Of a stretch of 64,000 nt of DNA, positions 28,508 to 37,173 are shown one piece after another (the first letter of the stretch is position 1; every line of letters begins with the position of its first letter). The translations under genes and the position numbers were made by a program. Under the pieces are notes generated by a model that ran no database searches, was not told the origin of the DNA, and saw only the letters and a program-made list of their open reading frames with translations. The DNA lies in assembly GCA_963841505.1 (NCBI GenBank), contig CAWJCZ010000008.1, positions 519,175 to 583,174 on the forward strand. The letters run 5' to 3'. The DNA comes from an uncultured Gemmatimonadales bacterium. GTDB lineage: Bacteria; Gemmatimonadota; Gemmatimonadetes; Gemmatimonadales; GWC2-71-9.

Positions 28508-29995
28508 CTATCGAGGTGCCAAATCGAGCGATTGAAGCACCAGCCGGCCCAGCTCCGCTTTGAGGGATCCCTTCACCGATGCATGGGCGGGATCGCCCGC
28601 GAGGTTCCGCCGCTCCAGCGAATCGGTACGGAGGTCGTACAGCTCGTCTGCTTCCGGATGCTTGATCCAGTGGATGTATTTGTAGTCCGCGGTCCGAACC
28701 GCGCGATAGTCCATATCCATGAGGTGGGGGAACGGCTGCTCGTTGGTGTAGAACTCGACCAGGACCGACTTGCGCCAGTCCAGCGGCGCTTGCCGGAACA
28801 GGGGGACCAGGGACCGGCCCTGGATGTGGGGACCCGGTGTCAGTCCGGCCAGCTCCAGCAGGGTCGGGGCCAGGTCGACCGTGAGCGCCAGTCCGGTTGG
28901 ACGGGAGCCCGCCGGAATCCGGGGCGGGTATCGCATCAGCAGCGGGTTACGAATGGATTCCTCGTAGGGGAGCCGCCGCTCGGTGGTGAGGCCGTGTTCG
29001 CCGAAAAAGAACCCATTGTCGCTGCTCAGCACGATCACGGTCTTGTCGAGGAGCTGGAGCGAGTCCAGCGCCGCCATGATCCGTCCCAGGCTCGCGTCGA
29101 CTGCCAGAATCATTTCGGCCCGCCGCCGGATGGTTTCTTCGCCGGTCCACGGTGTGAGCGAGGGCTCGTGGTCCGCCGTGGAAGGAATTGCGGTCGGGGG
29201 CAGCTTGGCGAGCGCCTGCCGGATCGCCGGTTTCCCGACCAGGTCGGCGGCGATGTCTTCCGGTTCCTCACGACGAACGAACACCTTGTCCTGGTATCGC
29301 CCCTCGTCCCGCGGGGCGGGGATGTACCCGCGATCGTTCTCGGTGTCGATCGACCCATCGTCCCGCTGCACGATGTCGGGATGCACCGCTTTGTGGGCCA
29401 GATAGACCAGGAAGGGATGGTCATGCTCGCGCTGGATGAATCCGACCGCTCGATCGGTCAGCAGATCGGTGGTGTAACCGGGAACCTTGTGCAGAGCGCC
29501 TTCCTCGAAGAGCTCCGGGTCGGTGGCATGTCCCTGACCCGGCATCGCGGACCAGTAGTCCCAGCCCGGTCGGGGAGTGGGGTCGTTGCCCATGTGCCAC
29601 TTGCCGATGAACGCGGTGCGGTACCCCGCCTGCTGGAGGGGAATGTTGAAGGTCTCCAGATGATGACTCGCCAGATCGCGAGCCAGGTTGTCGATGATGC
29701 CGTGGCGTGAGGGGAACTGACCGGTGAGCAGGGTGGCCCGGTTCGGGGAGCAGAGCGGCACCGCGTGGAACGAATTCACGAAGAGCGCGCCCTCGGCCGC
29801 CAGGCGGTCCATGTTGGGCGTCTCGAGATAGGGATGGCCCCCGGCGTGGAACTCGTCGAACCGGAGGTCGTCGACCAGGACGACGACCATATTGGGACGG
29901 TCCGCGAGCGCGGCGGTCGCGGATCGCTGCTGGGTGCCGCACCCGGTGAGACACCCGACCAGCAGCGCCAGGGCCGGACCGGTCCTCCGCGGCAC
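28508..29995 (-). CDS. Sulfatase (formylglycine-dependent), lipoprotein
   Basis: The track ORF is trimmed to GTG 29995 (GGAGG 5 nt upstream). It has lipoprotein signal LLVGCLTGC. The sulfatase signature is VVVLVDDLR...PLCSPNRATLLTG (C-x-P-x-R). Confidence 0.9.
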   Translation of the reverse strand: MPRRTGPALALLVGCLTGCGTQQRSATAALADRPNMVVVLVDDLRFDEFHAGGHPYLETPNMDRLAAEGALFVNSFHAVPLCSPNRATLLTGQFPSRHGIIDNLARDLASHHLETFNIPLQQAGYRTAFIGKWHMGNDPTPRPGWDYWSAMPGQGHATDPELFEEGALHKVPGYTTDLLTDRAVGFIQREHDHPFLVYLAHKAVHPDIVQRDDGSIDTENDRGYIPAPRDEGRYQDKVFVRREEPEDIAADLVGKPAIRQALAKLPPTAIPSTADHEPSLTPWTGEETIRRRAEMILAVDASLGRIMAALDSLQLLDKTVIVLSSDNGFFFGEHGLTTERRLPYEESIRNPLLMRYPPRIPAGSRPTGLALTVDLAPTLLELAGLTPGPHIQGRSLVPLFRQAPLDWRKSVLVEFYTNEQPFPHLMDMDYRAVRTADYKYIHWIKHPEADELYDLRTDSLERRNLAGDPAHASVKGSLKAELGRLVLQSLDLAPR

Positions 29996-30015
29996 CAGGA
30001 CCTCCGATCCCGGAA

Positions 30016-31098
30016 TCAGCGGGGCAACCTGAGCAGGGCGTTTCCTAACCCGGTGAGATATACCGGGTCGCGACCACCCCCGAGGATCATCCCGGTGATC
30101 GGCCCGGGCAGGGGGGCCCAGACTGCCGGCGTGAAGAGCTCCATCCGGGATTGACCGGTCTCGCCCCGGCGATTGAATTCCGCGACGATTCCTTCCTGCT
30201 CGGGCGTATGTGATCGAAACACGCTCTGCCGCGCCCCAGTCCCGGGGTCCAGGACCTCCACCTGGTTGGTGAGCGGCTCCGCCATCCACAGCCTCCCGGC
30301 CTCGTCGAGTTCGAGATTGTCGACCGCGGTGCTGTCCGCCAGGAGAATGCGATTGCTCAGGGTCCCCGAGCCGAGGTCGACCTTGAAGCTCCAGACCCGG
30401 CGGCCGACCGTTTCGGCGAGGTACAGGACCCCGCTCCCCTCGTCGAGGGCGAGGCCATTGGCGAAATACAGGGAATCCACCAGCAGCCTGGCAGCACCGA
30501 CCGGCCGATCGTTCTGCATCTCCAGCCGATACAGGGCGCCTTCCGGCCTGGGAATGTCCACCGTCGCCCACATTCGGGCCTCGCCCTCTTGCGGCGTATT
30601 GTGGGCGCTCTGGGTGAACCACACCGCCCCGCGGGAATCGCGGATGGCGGCATTGATGCCATAACGGTGCTGGTAGAGCTTCTCCGCCGCTCCGGTGGAC
30701 ACGTCCACCCGGTAGATCGCCCCACCGAAGATGTCGGCCACCAGGACATGCCGGCCATCCGGCTCCAGGGAAACCCCGTTGGCTCCACCGCTCTGGCCAG
30801 GCGGCTGGTGGGAATACCCGGCCGTCGCCATGGCGCCGAATGGATGACTGCTCCCGTCCGGCGCCACCATTCGCAGCCCGTTGACCTGATCGGTGACGAG
30901 AAGTCGTCCATCCGGAAGCATGACCCCGTCCTCAGAGCGGTGCAGCGAGCGGTCCGCGGGGAACACCATGGTCGAGTCGTAGTTCCAGGTCCGCAGGGCC
31001 ACCGGAGCTTCGGCGGATTCCCCTGATCCGGTGCATCCCGGGGCGGCCACCCCGAGCAGGATGAGCGAGGTGCCCCACCGACGTGGTGAGAGAATCAT
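30016..31098 (-). CDS. SMP-30/gluconolactonase/LRE-like (strictosidine-synthase-like) beta-propeller lipoprotein
   Basis: Start is MILSPRRWGTSLILLGVAAPGC (ATG 31098, GGAG upstream). Repeated propeller blocks include PDGRLLVTD, GANGVSLEPDG, ANGLALDE and LYLAE. Confidence 0.7.
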   Translation of the reverse strand: MILSPRRWGTSLILLGVAAPGCTGSGESAEAPVALRTWNYDSTMVFPADRSLHRSEDGVMLPDGRLLVTDQVNGLRMVAPDGSSHPFGAMATAGYSHQPPGQSGGANGVSLEPDGRHVLVADIFGGAIYRVDVSTGAAEKLYQHRYGINAAIRDSRGAVWFTQSAHNTPQEGEARMWATVDIPRPEGALYRLEMQNDRPVGAARLLVDSLYFANGLALDEGSGVLYLAETVGRRVWSFKVDLGSGTLSNRILLADSTAVDNLELDEAGRLWMAEPLTNQVEVLDPGTGARQSVFRSHTPEQEGIVAEFNRRGETGQSRMELFTPAVWAPLPGPITGMILGGGRDPVYLTGLGNALLRLPR

Positions 31099-31229
31099 GA
31101 GGTCTCCTCGGCTGGAAGGCGGACGGACTGGACAAGTATACGACCGCGGCGAGGGGGGCAATACCTACCGGGACCGGTCCGGTCGGCCAGGTCCTGTATT
31201 TCCTCTCCGAACCTGATAGTGTTGGCTCC

Positions 31230-32993
31230 ATGAGAATCCGAGGGGTTGGGGCGATCCTGGCGATGCTGGCGATGGCAGTACCCGTCGAGGCTCAGCAGCC
31301 GGGGGCGAGCGGCGACTGGACCATGCCGGGACGGGATTACACCGCCACCCGCTTCAGTCCGCTCAACCAGATCACCCCCACCAACGTCGCGACCCTCAAG
31401 CCGGTCTGGAACTTCTCGACCGGGGTGTTGCGCGGCCACGAGGGCCAGCCGCTGGTGGTCAACAACACGATGTATGTCGTCACGCCCTACCCGAACGTGC
31501 TCTACGCGTTCGACCTGACCAAGGCCGACTATCCGCTCAAGTGGAAATATCGGCCAGCGGTGGACGCCAACGCTCTCGGCATTGCGTGTTGCGACGCGAT
31601 CAACCGAGGCGCGTTCTACGCCGGCGGCAAGATCATCTACAACACGCTCGACGGGCACACCATCGCCGTGGATGCCGCGACCGGTCGCGAAGTCTGGAAC
31701 GTGAAGGTCGCCGACATCACCGATGGAGAAACGACCCCGATGGCGCCATTCGTCGTCGGCAACCGGGTCATGGTCGGCCCTTCCGGCGGCGAGTTCGGTA
31801 TCCACGGGTGGGTGAAGGCGCTGGATCTTGCGACCGGCAAGCTCGCCTGGACCGGGTACAACGTCGGCCCCGACGCCGACATGCTGATTCGTCCCGGAGC
31901 GGTTCAAGCCGTTCTACGACAAAGGCCCCAACCTGGGGCTCACCACCTGGCACACCGAGGCGTGGAAGACCGCCGGCGCGCCGGTCTGGGGCTGGTTCTC
32001 CTATGACCCGTCCCTCGATCTGGTGTACTTCGGGGTCGGAAATCCGGGTCCCTACAATCCCGAGCAGCGCCCGGGCGACAACAAATGGACCAACAGCGTG
32101 CTGGCGCGTAGGCCTCGGGATGGCTCCCTCGTCTGGGCCTACCAGTTCACCCCGCACGACAACTGGGACTTCGACTCCAACGCCGGGATGATGCTCGCCG
32201 ATCTCACCATCAAGGGTCGGCTCCCGAAAGGTGCTGGTGCACTTCGACAAGAACGGCTTTGCCTACACGCTGGATCGCGCCACCGGTGAGGTGCTCGTCG
32301 CGGAACCCTACGTGTTCCTCAACTGGGCCAAACGAGTGGATCTCACGACCGGCCGGCCGGTGCTCGACTCGACCAAGCTCACCGGCGAGAGCAAGGGGAA
32401 CGTCACCTACATCTGTCCCAGCCTCGAGGGAGGAACCAGCCCGGCGTCCCCTTCGGCGTTTTCCCCTCGCACCGGTTGGTTCTACGTCTCGACCGTGAAC
32501 CTCTGCATGGACTATCACGCCGAGCCAAAGGCGCGGATCCGGGGCACCCCGTTCATCGGGGCGAGCACGCCGTATGTCGCGGGACCGGGCGGCAACATGG
32601 GTGCATTCATCGCCTGGGACGCGGCGACGGGAAAGCGCATCTGGGAGATCAAGGAGCGCTATCCGGTATGGAGCGGAGTGGTCGTGACCGGTGGAGACGT
32701 GGTGTTCTACGGGACCCTCGATGGCTGGTTCAAGGCCGCCAACGCCCGGACCGGCGAGGTGCTCTGGAAATTCAAGGTCGGCTCGGGGGTGGTGGGAGCG
32801 CCGATCACTTACCGCGGGCCCGGATGGGAAGCAGTACGTCGCGGTTTACGCCGGAATAGGCGGGGACTGGGCCCTGCTCTCGGGGGATGTGCGGTCCGAC
32901 GACCCTAACGATGTGCGGGATCCCGCCAGTTTCATCAACGACCTGGGTCGCTACACCAGCTCCGGCGGCATGGTGTGGATATTCGCATTGTGA
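31230..32993 (+). pseudogene. xoxF: PQQ-dependent methanol/alcohol dehydrogenase, XoxF-type (lanthanide signature D-x-D), interrupted by three +1 frameshifts
   Basis: Four consecutive track ORFs in frames 0,1,2,0 (31230.., 32023.., 32231.., 32691..) join into one quinoprotein. Joined features are FSTGVLRGHEGQPLVV, vicinal ACCD, GGEFGIHGWV, FKPFYDKG, PHDNWDFDS, HFDKNGFAYTLDR and PITYRGPDGKQYVAVYAG. Extra G residues lie at about 31896, 32230 and 32822. Confidence 0.8.
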
Positions 32994-33445
32994 GGCTCGG
33001 CTTTCTCGGCGGCCTGCTGCTCCTCTACAGCTCGGGCTGCGGGCGCCCTAACCCGGCATCCCGGGTCGGAGAGGCGACGGCGGCCGCGCCGGCGGTCCGG
33101 TTCGATCGCGCGGTGCTCGCCGGCGGCGCCATGCCTCCATCCGACACGCTTCGGAATCCCTTCACGGGCGACACCACCTCCGTTACCGAAGGCGGGAAGC
33201 TCTGGAGCTCGATGAACTGCGACGGTTGCCACGGCGGCGGGGAGGGGTGGGTCGGGCCCAGCCTGAGCGACGGCCGATGGCGGTACGGTGGCTCGGACGC
33301 CGAAGTCTACCAGACCATCTTCTACGGCCGCCCCAACGGAATGCCGGCGTTCGGAGGGCTGCTCTCGCAGGATATCATCTGGAAGCTGGTGAGCTACATC
33401 CGCTCCCTTCCGGTGCCGAGAGCGGTGCCGACCCAGTCCTGGTGA
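32975..33445 (+). CDS. Mono-haem c-type cytochrome lipoprotein (XoxG-like position)
   Basis: 156-aa ORF with lipobox YSSGC, haem motif CDGCH and a distal Met region GMPAF. It overlaps the end of the xoxF-type gene; the start may be GTG 32990. Confidence 0.8.
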   Translation: MDIRIVRLGFLGGLLLLYSSGCGRPNPASRVGEATAAAPAVRFDRAVLAGGAMPPSDTLRNPFTGDTTSVTEGGKLWSSMNCDGCHGGGEGWVGPSLSDGRWRYGGSDAEVYQTIFYGRPNGMPAFGGLLSQDIIWKLVSYIRSLPVPRAVPTQSW

Positions 33446-33490
33446 TCTCCATCCTGTTTGGAACTGGGTGGACCTTTGTACCGCCCGTCC

Positions 33491-33664
33491 CTACGGCCTC
33501 CGCCGGATTTTCGGCTTGACTCGGGGCTTTTCCTTGCGCCCCATGTTCTCATTCACCTTGGGCGGCCCGCCGCCGGCCTGGTCCGCCTTCTTTCGTTCCA
33601 GATAGATCCGCATCGCCGCTGCAGTGGGGTCCTCGGGGGCCGGTTTTTCAGGTTTCCTTGCCAT
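33491..33664 (-). CDS. Candidate small basic protein (57 aa), hypothetical
   Basis: My own translation (below the track length cut-off): MARKPEKPAPEDPTAAAMRIYLERKKADQAGGGPPKVNENMGRKEKPRVKPKIRRRP. It lies in a GC-poorer intergenic stretch and has no clear SD. Its TAG stop is followed by one octamer-repeat unit (GGACGGGCGG). Confidence 0.25.
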   Translation of the reverse strand: MARKPEKPAPEDPTAAAMRIYLERKKADQAGGGPPKVNENMGRKEKPRVKPKIRRRP

Positions 33665-33801
33665 ATCGGTATTCTGTCTGATTGGGGTGATCCTTGCAAT
33701 GACAGGGTCTCGTCGGTGAATTGACCCTCGACGGTTCCCGCGTCAATCGTTGGACAAGGTACCCCCAGCGGCGAGTTCCGCCGCGAGGCCAGCACGCGGG
33801 T

Positions 33802-36465
33802 TCACCGCTTCACCTTGGCCAGGAGCTCGGCCAGCCAGCCCTCAACATAGACCGCACCCACGGAGACCGCGGGGTCGCGGATCATCACGAAACGGCCATC
33901 GGGAGCCACGTCGTACTGCTGATGGTTCCGGGCCCGCCGGTAGCCCTCCACGGAAAACAGCGCCCGAGGAGCCCCCGGATTGAAGGAGGGGCCGGGAAGT
34001 ACCGCGGCGGCCATCAACTTGCCCCCGCTCACGAAGTACAGCTCTCTCCCGTCACGGGACCAGCGCGGCTCGGTGCCCCCTCCATTCGACACGAGGCGCC
34101 TGGACTTCGTGTCGGGAAACGAGCTGACATACACCTCGTACTGGCCGGTCTGATTGGAGGTGTAGGCGAGCCACCGGCCATCGGGTGAGAGCGCGATGCA
34201 GAGCTCGAAGCTCGGCCCGACCAGGAGCGGTTTGACGATCGTGTCGCCGGAAAGGCGGCGGAATCTGATATTGGAATTGGCGCCCTCTTCATCCAGGCGT
34301 ATCACCAGCCACTGGCCATTGCGGGATACCACGGCTTCCCAGATCCCGAACGAAGATTTCTGGATGAGCTGTGGCTTGGCGCTGCCGTCAGTCTTCACCT
34401 GCTGCACCGTAACGTCGTTCGGATCGGCGGGATTCCCCACCGAGATGAATGTGAGAGAACGTCCGTCGGGGAACCAGGACGAACGCCAGTTCGCGGCACC
34501 CTCGGCGTCGACCTGGGCGTGGGTGCCGTCGGCTCGGCGGATCCAGAGATCGGTGGTCTTGTCGCGGACACTGACGGCCAGCTCCTTCCCATCGGGTGAG
34601 AGCGCCGGATACTCGAAGCGGCCCCGCCAGGTCGAGTCGACCGCTGTCGCGCGGCCGTCCCGGGCCACCCAGACCAGTTCGGCCTGGGTTCGTGCTGCGG
34701 AGCCGGTGGTATACAGTGCCGCCCCCGAAGCCGACAGGGTGAAACTGGTCGGCTCGACGTCCTGAAGCAGGGGAATCGCACCCGAGGTGAGCGCCATCCG
34801 CCGCGCATCGAATCCCATCGCGTAGAGGCCGCCCTCGCGGCTGGTGTACAGCAGCTGACTCGCCTGCGGTGAAAACCATGCCCCCGCGGCGCCCGGCACC
34901 AGCAAGCGGGCACTGCCGGTCTTGAAATCATAGGCGTAGAGGCTGGTCGAGTTGGCGCAGTTGCCCGGGCAGGCGGTAAAGAGGAAGCCCCGACTCTCGG
35001 GAAGGGGCCAGAGGGTGGACGCGGCACCCACATTGGTTGGGAGCGGGACTGGGATCGCCGCGCCACCATCGGCGGGGATCCGCTTGACCCCTCCGTTCCC
35101 ATCGCCGGAGTAAAGGATGGTGCCGTCGTCGAGCCACGCACCGGCCTTTTCGTCCGGGTTGTTGGCTTCGACCAGGGTCACAGAACCGCCACCATTCACC
35201 GGGACCTTCTTGACCTTGTTGTCGATCGTGATGTAGCCGACCCATTTGCCGTCAGGCGAGAAGAACGGCGACACGCCTCCCTCGGTGCCAGCGAGTGGGG
35301 TTGCCTCGCTCGCGTCGCGCAGCTTCCGCATCAGTACGTAGCCCATGGCGGTCGAATCGGTGAACACGATGCTCGACCCGTCCGGTGCGATCGCGGCCTG
35401 GATGCCGATGAATCGTGCACCGGGCGCGAGTGCGTAGGGGATGCGGTGCTGCCAGAGCAGCACGTGCTGCCTGCTGGTTCCCACGACCGCCGGCTTGCGC
35501 AGCCCCAGGAAGATCGCAACCGCCAGGAGAAGCAGGTTGAATGCGACCGCAATTCCCAACCAGCGCGGCGGCACGCCAGCAGCCGACTGCTTGCGAACCC
35601 GGATGCCCGAGGTACCGCCTGTCGCCCTGAAGGCGGTGTCCTCCAGTGCGTGAGAGAAAGCGGCGGCATTCGGGATCCGATCGGCGGGCACCTTCTCCAG
35701 CGCGCCGAGCACCGCAGCTTCCACATGGATCGGCACCGACTTCCGCAGCTCGGTCAGCGGTCGGGGCGGGTCGGTCATCAGTTTGGCGATGATAGCCTGC
35801 ACGGTACTGCCGGTGAACGGCGGCTCTCCGGTCAGCATCTCGTAGGTGACGGCGCCAAGCGCATACACATCCGCCCGCGCATCCACCGTCTTCTCGCCCA
35901 TCGCCTGCTCCGGGCTCATGTACTGGGGCGTGCCAAGCGAGAGACCGGTCTGGGTCATCCGGTGTCCGCCCGCGCTCTGCACGGCGAGGGCAATGCCGAA
36001 GTCCGCGACCAGCGCGTGGCCACCCTGGAGCAGAATGTTCTCGGGCTTGATGTCGCGATGGATGATGCCGAGGCCATGCGCGGCGCCCAGGGCGTCGGCG
36101 GTTTCTCTGGCGATGCGCAGCGCCTCGGCGATCGGAAGCTGCCGTTCCCGCTCCAGCCGGGCCCGCAGGGTCTCCCCGCTCACATACGGCATCACATAGA
36201 ACAGGAGCCCGTCGGCCTCGCCCGAATCGAGCAGCGGGAGGATGTGGGGATGTTGCAGCTTCGCGGTGGTCTTGATCTCGCTGAGGAATCGCTCCCCGCC
36301 GAGCGCAGCGGCCAGCTCGGGATGCAGCACTTTGATCGCGACGTCGCGATCGTGCCGGAGATCATGGGCGAGGTAGACCGTCGCCATGCCGCCCTGGCCG
36401 AGCTCTCGCTCGATCCGGTAGCGATCGGCCAGCGCGGTCCGCAGCCGTTCAGTCGAGTCGGTCAG
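33802..36465 (-). CDS. Ser/Thr protein kinase fused to C-terminal TolB/PD40-like beta-propeller
   Basis: The track ORF 33802..36387 begins inside the glycine loop. In-frame upstream sequence LTDSTERLRTALADRYRIERELGQGG-MATVY aligns with the paralogue at 39025..41730. I therefore extend to CTG 36463-36465. It shows HRDIKPENILL, DFG and SPEQ motifs, then a TM segment, then PD40-like repeats. Confidence 0.85.
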   Translation of the reverse strand: MTDSTERLRTALADRYRIERELGQGGMATVYLAHDLRHDRDVAIKVLHPELAAALGGERFLSEIKTTAKLQHPHILPLLDSGEADGLLFYVMPYVSGETLRARLERERQLPIAEALRIARETADALGAAHGLGIIHRDIKPENILLQGGHALVADFGIALAVQSAGGHRMTQTGLSLGTPQYMSPEQAMGEKTVDARADVYALGAVTYEMLTGEPPFTGSTVQAIIAKLMTDPPRPLTELRKSVPIHVEAAVLGALEKVPADRIPNAAAFSHALEDTAFRATGGTSGIRVRKQSAAGVPPRWLGIAVAFNLLLLAVAIFLGLRKPAVVGTSRQHVLLWQHRIPYALAPGARFIGIQAAIAPDGSSIVFTDSTAMGYVLMRKLRDASEATPLAGTEGGVSPFFSPDGKWVGYITIDNKVKKVPVNGGGSVTLVEANNPDEKAGAWLDDGTILYSGDGNGGVKRIPADGGAAIPVPLPTNVGAASTLWPLPESRGFLFTACPGNCANSTSLYAYDFKTGSARLLVPGAAGAWFSPQASQLLYTSREGGLYAMGFDARRMALTSGAIPLLQDVEPTSFTLSASGAALYTTGSAARTQAELVWVARDGRATAVDSTWRGRFEYPALSPDGKELAVSVRDKTTDLWIRRADGTHAQVDAEGAANWRSSWFPDGRSLTFISVGNPADPNDVTVQQVKTDGSAKPQLIQKSSFGIWEAVVSRNGQWLVIRLDEEGANSNIRFRRLSGDTIVKPLLVGPSFELCIALSPDGRWLAYTSNQTGQYEVYVSSFPDTKSRRLVSNGGGTEPRWSRDGRELYFVSGGKLMAAAVLPGPSFNPGAPRALFSVEGYRRARNHQQYDVAPDGRFVMIRDPAVSVGAVYVEGWLAELLAKVKR

Positions 36466-36506
36466 GGCAAACCCCGGTGAAGGGAAGGAGATGAATTATA
36501 CCGGTT

Positions 36507-36541
36507 GGACTATTGTTTAGGGATGAACGCGGAACCCCTCC
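36507..36541. repeat. 35-nt block conserved upstream of both kinase paralogues (copy 1)
   Basis: GGACTATTGTTTAGGGATGAACGCGGAACCCCTCC here versus GGACTATTGTTCAGCGATGACCGCGGAATCCTCCA at 41801..41835 (29/35 identical). Confidence 0.7.
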
Positions 36542-36987
36542 TTCGGCGGGTGGCGGCCCTCCTCGCGAAGCACCGGCTCGACGCGGTCCTGATCGGGAAT
36601 GCGGCGGCCGCTCTCCAGGGGGCCCCAGTCACCACGCTGGACCTGGACTTCATGTTCCGCAAAACCCCGGGCAACCTGCGGAAGCTACGACGGATCGCCG
36701 ACGACCTCGAGGCAGTGGTCTTCCTGCCCTACTATCCGGCGTCCGGTCTCTATCGGATCGCGCGAGACCGCGACGGACTCCAGCTCGACTTCATGGCGAA
36801 GGTGGACGGCATCCGCTCGTTCGAGGGACTCCGATCCCGGGCGGAGGTCACCCGCTTTGGCAAGCACCAGCTTCGGGTGGCTTCCCTGGAGGATGTGATC
36901 AAAAGCAAGCAGGCTGCCAATCGCCCTCAGGATCGCGCGGTCTTACCCATCCTCAGGAAAACGATCCGTGAAAAGCAAGCGCGTTAG
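36523..36987 (+). CDS. Nucleotidyltransferase-fold protein (DUF6036/DUF2204-like), hypothetical
   Basis: 154 aa from ATG 36523. The block LIGNAAAALQGAPVTTLDLDF resembles the G-x-x-A...T-x-D-x-D minimal nucleotidyltransferase motif. The family call is tentative. Confidence 0.45.
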   Translation: MNAEPLLRRVAALLAKHRLDAVLIGNAAAALQGAPVTTLDLDFMFRKTPGNLRKLRRIADDLEAVVFLPYYPASGLYRIARDRDGLQLDFMAKVDGIRSFEGLRSRAEVTRFGKHQLRVASLEDVIKSKQAANRPQDRAVLPILRKTIREKQAR

Positions 36988-37126
36988 GAAGGTCCGCCAG
37001 CACTCTGCGCTTCGGAAAGAGTCGGACCGGGCGGGCCGGGAGCAGATCCGGCGCCTCCTCGCCCTCCCGATGCATCGCCGCACCGGCTTCCTGCGGAAGC
37101 GACACCAGAACGGGTCATCGCTATAG
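36968..37126 (+). CDS. Candidate 52-aa basic ORF overlapping the end of the nucleotidyltransferase-like gene
   Basis: My own translation from GTG 36968: VKSKRVRKVRQHSALRKESDRAGREQIRRLLALPMHRRTGFLRKRHQNGSSL. Its TAG stop at 37124-37126 lies immediately before the octamer array. There is no other support. Confidence 0.15.
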   Translation: MKSKRVRKVRQHSALRKESDRAGREQIRRLLALPMHRRTGFLRKRHQNGSSL

Positions 37127-37131
37127 AATCG

Positions 37132-37171
37132 GTCCGCCCGTCCGCCCGTCCGCCCGTCCGCCCGTCCGCCC
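37132..37171. repeat. Perfect tandem octamer array (GTCCGCCC)x5, plus a partial unit running into the stop codon at 37174-37176
   Basis: Read directly. The minus strand reads TAG-AC(GGGCGGAC)n. Confidence 0.95.
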
Positions 37172-37173
37172 GT

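Noticed and set aside
33446-33801. GC-poorer 350-nt gap examined for a tRNA, riboswitch or small RNA.
   Set aside because: I could find no cloverleaf or recognisable riboswitch core by eye. Only the weak 57-aa ORF was noted.
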